A stretch of 64,000 bases of DNA, from assembly GCA_048128005.1 (NCBI GenBank), contig JBEUKZ010000067.1:62001-126000 (forward strand), in the 5' to 3' direction. The translations under genes were made by a program, and so were the position numbers. The stretch comes from Veleropilina oligotropha. Lineage: Eukaryota. The stretch's first letter is position 1. Every line of letters starts with the position of its first letter. This document shows positions 60,520 to 64,000 of this stretch, piece after piece. A model generated the notes under the pieces. It did not search any database and had not been told where the DNA came from. It saw nothing but the letters and a program-made list of their open reading frames with translations.

Positions 60520-61119
60520 CTATGGCATATCAAAAGGGTTGGGCCTAGTCTCCAATTCGGTGGTGGTGGGAGCGGGGGGGTAGGCCCTGGGCTGCCTCGC
60601 CGGTGGCTGTTGATGTGGTGTGGAGGAACCACTGCTGCGTTTCCAGACAACAAATAACAACGCAACCCCGCCTGCAGCGAAGATGGTTGGGGCCCAATTC
60701 AATGGGTCCGATTTCCGTGTATCTGACACTGCCGCGCCCCCCCCACCCCCAACGGCGCGAACGTCCTTTTCGACCGCGGTCACCTCGGCCGGGGTATTAC
60801 CACTGTGTTTGGGCTGTGCCTCCGGTAGGTCTGAAGGAACTTCGCTGACGGATACTTGTCGAGCGTCTTCTTTGAGTTTTCTAACGTCGGCAAGGAGCCT
60901 CTCCTGCTTGGCTTTCCGAGCAGCAGCACCGGCCCGACCTGCAGCCACCTTCTTAGGGTCCTTTTTACTCACTGATGAGTCTGTCGAAGAAGTCACCCTC
61001 TCTATCAGCTGGGTCACCCTCTCTATCGGCGGGCTCGGTGCCGAAATTTGGTCCACTTCCAGCGTTGTCATCTTGATCTCGCCCTCGCTCTGGTATCTTA
61101 GGCGGGCAAACATGTCCAA
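60520..61119 (-). CDS. Viral hypothetical protein with a basic KKDPKKVAAGRAG motif and a C-terminal TM helix (true start probably near 61071)
   Basis: ORF track; packed between neighbouring viral ORFs. Confidence 0.7.
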   Translation of the reverse strand: MDMFARLRYQSEGEIKMTTLEVDQISAPSPPIERVTQLIERVTSSTDSSVSKKDPKKVAAGRAGAAARKAKQERLLADVRKLKEDARQVSVSEVPSDLPEAQPKHSGNTPAEVTAVEKDVRAVGGGGGAAVSDTRKSDPLNWAPTIFAAGGVALLFVVWKRSSGSSTPHQQPPARQPRAYPPAPTTTELETRPNPFDMP

Positions 61120-61614
61120 ATTGGCAGTGCTTAGCCGTGGTCAACGCTGCGGTCAGCGGTGCGAGGTACATGCCGTATTTGTGATACAGCTCACAGCTTG
61201 CAGTGCACAGCGCGTGGGAGATGAAAGGGTCGGCCTCCAGGTCGGCGATCAGGCATAGCTGGTGTTCTGGCGAAATTGGCAAGACTGTCCCCGCTGCACT
61301 CGCGTAGAGATGAATAGCTGCAGTCCCCAGGGTTTTCGTCATTTCGGCACCGAGCTTGGCTTCGTACCGTGCGTGGTGCTTGTCAATCTCTTCGTCGGTC
61401 ATCGCGTCGATCCGGTCAACTGTGAGGTTGCTCCCCAAGTATTTGTGGGCCCCCCTCCAATGGCTAAGGCCGCAAGCCTCTCCCGCTTTTTTGCTACGCG
61501 ACTTTCAGGTTCCTCTCCATCGGTCGTCGAGCGGGGTGGGGGTGGGGGGGGGGGGGCCCGGCAGACGGTCGTTTCTTGTTCGTCATCCATGAGTTGATCG
61601 ATGAGGCTGTCCAT
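60965..61614 (-). pseudogene. Viral hypothetical protein split by a frameshift near 61450 (ORFs 61399-61740 and 60965-61438)
   Basis: KRERLAALAIGG continues into KYLGSNLTVDRIDAMTDEEIDKHHARYEAKLG...ELYHKYGMYLAPL in another frame across a C run. Confidence 0.6.
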
Positions 61615-61793
61615 CCTTAAGCGTTTCCAACATCTCCTCGCCAGTCTAATATAGCGATAATGCCAATACCACAGTGTAACCAGTAGCAGCAACAGAAGGC
61701 TCTGGCTGCAAGCAAAAGCTATGTATACAGCGTCCGACATGCTAAGTAGCTGCTAGGAGATGCCTGGTAGATGCCTAGCTTGCTAAGTAGATG

Positions 61794-62426
61794 CTATAGC
61801 ACACTATAAGCAACGGGCTGATCGGTCTTTAACAGCAGCTTTGTGTGTCGGGTCTCGGCCAACAGCCGGCGCACCGCGGTTCTCTCATCCTGCGACGAGA
61901 TTACATCGTTCTCGCGCAGACAGTCCTCGAAACTGTCGCGGTCCTTGCAATGGAAGAGAGCGATCCAGCGGGTCTGCTCGCAGAGCTCCTTCAAGACCGA
62001 GTTATATTTTTGCGTCACTACCCATACGCTCTGTTCGGCATGCCTGCCGCTGAAGGCCAACACAGTCAGCATGTCCCGCCTCTTGGCAAGGGCCTTGCTG
62101 GCGGCGCAGTCGTCGATGATGTAGAGGGTCGGTTCCCCCTGGAACAGCCGGTAGAACCCCCGCAACCAGTCATGGAGTCGCTCACCAGGGGGGATCAAAT
62201 ACACCTCCGGGTCCGTCCAGATCCACGGACAGGCCTGGTATGCTTTGTTGTACTTGATCGTGGGGCACAGGATTACAATGTGCCGGAACACGCCTCGATA
62301 CTCCCCTTTCAGCAGTTCCAGCATGAAAACCGTCTTCCCACAACCAGTCTGGCCGCATATGATTGCGGAGTGGGGGTCCTTGGTGTGCGGAAACCGTCTA
62401 GTACAGTGCTGTGACAAAGCGTCCAT
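61794..62426 (-). CDS. A32-like (FtsK/HerA) genome-packaging ATPase
   Basis: Walker A GQTGCGKT, Walker B YIIDD, SGRH arginine motif, VVTQ. Confidence 0.92.
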   Translation of the reverse strand: MDALSQHCTRRFPHTKDPHSAIICGQTGCGKTVFMLELLKGEYRGVFRHIVILCPTIKYNKAYQACPWIWTDPEVYLIPPGERLHDWLRGFYRLFQGEPTLYIIDDCAASKALAKRRDMLTVLAFSGRHAEQSVWVVTQKYNSVLKELCEQTRWIALFHCKDRDSFEDCLRENDVISSQDERTAVRRLLAETRHTKLLLKTDQPVAYSVL

Positions 62427-63702
62427 CCTCGATGTTCAGCTGTGCATCCATGATCACGTACAGGTAAACATTAAATGGGCCGGCGGCTTCGCCTGTCTTA
62501 GTTATCTGGATGGTGACGCCCTCGCTGGTGTTCGCTATCCTCCGGCCTGACCCATGCAGCTGATCGTCGTTGGTTACCCGCAGGTCAATCCAGAGTGCGT
62601 ACTTTTTGGTCAAGAACTCGCCCAGGGTGACGTCTGCCAGAGCCAAATCCTTGGCCACCAGCGCCACCTCAGGATGCCGCTTGCTGCTCGGATTGGAGGC
62701 GAACAGTTTTTTGGCTTCTTCCCACACCTGGTATGAACGCATGCCCTGGCTGTAGATTTGATTCGGGACTCCCTCAATGGTGACCTCGACCTTGGTGATT
62801 TTCGGGTTGTAGAAGGCCTCGGTGTCCCTCGCGAATGGTTGGGCTTCTCTCGCGGGATCCTCAAACAGCAGTAGGATCCCTTTCATGGACCTCGCCGGTA
62901 CGTTCAGGTTAAGATTCCACAGCGTGTCGCTCTTGTCCCGGGTGAGCTTACGATGCCGGAGCACACGGTCGTAGAGGATGACGAGGTGGCCCGAGTACTG
63001 GTTGCGAATCAGTCTGGCCAGTTCTACCTGGGTGACCACATCGTATTCCAGGCTGATATTGTCGATGCTGTAGCTGGAGCCGGGGTCGTCCGTATTCTTG
63101 ATCGACCGGGAGTAGTCGTTGAACGTGAGTTCATACTCGAGCCTGTCTCCCAGGGCGCTCTGATAGAACGGCATATGGCTTTCCAGCAACTCGAAATCCA
63201 ACGGGATGCGGAATCGAGGACCGTAAGCGTCCGATATGGCCACATCCTCAGACACTCTGAAGGCGTCGTCTGCGCCGATACGATGCTTCGTAGTATTTTG
63301 TCTGTTGCTGGTATCAATACCCTGGTACTGGGCGTTCTTGCGCTCCTGAGGCGTCTTCCACAGGTCGCAGTAGCAATGATACACGTCGGAGTCGTCTATA
63401 GACATAATCTCGTTGCCACTAATCTTGATCGCAGTCTTCTTGACCACGGCACGGCCAATATTCTGAACTACGGTCCTGTTTGGGTTAGCCGAGGTCAGTG
63501 AGATGGTAAATGCGAGGTGGGCAGTCCCTGGAACGATCACGTCATGAGTCCCAAGATTCGGGAACCGCACCAACAGCTGCTGGTTGGCGGCGATCGTGGA
63601 GGGGTTGTTCGTAATGGTGACCGACTGTCGGATACCCTTGACCCCGAGGGGCTCTCGCAGTCTGCGGTATGGATTGAGCGTGCGTCCGTACAGGCGGGTC
63701 AT
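62398..63702 (-). CDS. Putative double-jelly-roll major capsid protein (hexon-like), 434 aa
   Basis: Size, beta-rich pattern (VRFPNL...IVPGT...FTISL, LEYELTF, NISLEYD, NPKITKVEVTIEGVPNQ, ALWIDLR...LHGSGR) and overlap with the packaging ATPase. Confidence 0.8.
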   Translation of the reverse strand: MTRLYGRTLNPYRRLREPLGVKGIRQSVTITNNPSTIAANQQLLVRFPNLGTHDVIVPGTAHLAFTISLTSANPNRTVVQNIGRAVVKKTAIKISGNEIMSIDDSDVYHCYCDLWKTPQERKNAQYQGIDTSNRQNTTKHRIGADDAFRVSEDVAISDAYGPRFRIPLDFELLESHMPFYQSALGDRLEYELTFNDYSRSIKNTDDPGSSYSIDNISLEYDVVTQVELARLIRNQYSGHLVILYDRVLRHRKLTRDKSDTLWNLNLNVPARSMKGILLLFEDPAREAQPFARDTEAFYNPKITKVEVTIEGVPNQIYSQGMRSYQVWEEAKKLFASNPSSKRHPEVALVAKDLALADVTLGEFLTKKYALWIDLRVTNDDQLHGSGRRIANTSEGVTIQITKTGEAAGPFNVYLYVIMDAQLNIEDGRFVTALY

Positions 63703-63753
63703 GTTGTTGTCGCTATGGCTGAATTAGATGCGTATCTAAGCATTTGTATTCAA

Positions 63754-64000
63754 ATGGCGGAATTCCCGAACCCCGCATTCGAGCCTGACGATCTCATCGA
63801 CAACGATGATACCATCATCGACGATACTGATGTGGATAGATCCACCGACCGGTTTATGCCGGCGCCACAGGAAGGAACCAGCGATCTGCAGCAAGAGCTC
63901 GTTCAGTCAGCGGTGGATGCCTACTACGAAGCCCTGTCGAAGGAGGGGCAGACCTCGGCCACGGGGCGTGATAATGCCCAGTTCGAGTACGTGGGTGGGC
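63754..64000 (+). CDS. Viral hypothetical protein, acidic N-terminus, divergent from the capsid gene; runs off the window
   Basis: MAEFPNPAFEPDDLIDNDD...SAVDAYYEAL..., open to the window end. Confidence 0.6.
   Translation, partial: MAEFPNPAFEPDDLIDNDDTIIDDTDVDRSTDRFMPAPQEGTSDLQQELVQSAVDAYYEALSKEGQTSATGRDNAQFEYVGG

Larger units (their letters stand above)
57901..64000 (-). mobile_element. Endogenous Polinton/Maverick (adintovirus-like) virus, terminal ~6 kb; continues beyond the window
   Basis: Abrupt switch to GC-rich, intronless, tightly packed ORFs. Starts AGCAGCAG exactly where homology to the left arm stops. Carries integrase, ATPase and capsid-like genes. Confidence 0.88.

Noticed and set aside
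58588..63501. Many plus-strand ORFs overlapping the viral genes
   Set aside because: Antisense shadows expected in GC-rich coding DNA, with no recognisable motifs.

Overview
AT-rich, intron-containing animal genomic DNA, probably a marine invertebrate (inferred from the repeat families). It holds two host genes: the last 8 exons of carboxypeptidase Q (CPQ/PGCP, + strand, 3746-11284) and a two-exon SAYSD1 (- strand, 52606-43277). Most of the rest is nested mobile DNA: a TTAA-flanked Kolobok-type transposon, a hAT transposon and related MITEs with 5-bp TSDs, a decayed Academ element carrying a MITE, an intact Tc1 and a TTAA MITE, Penelope fragments with a hammerhead ribozyme core, Helitron/Helentron-like elements, SINEs, an apparently intact DIRS1 retrotransposon inside the SAYSD1 intron, and a PHD-APE-RT LINE with a viral-type 2A motif. 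From 57901 to the window end lies the terminal part of a GC-rich endogenous Polinton/adintovirus-like virus (major capsid, A32 packaging ATPase, small ORFs, integrase). An inverted duplication (about 12430-22775 vs 56448-57900) supplies empty-site controls that fix several insertion boundaries, including the virus terminus. All calls come from reading the sequence and remembered family motifs; no searches were run.
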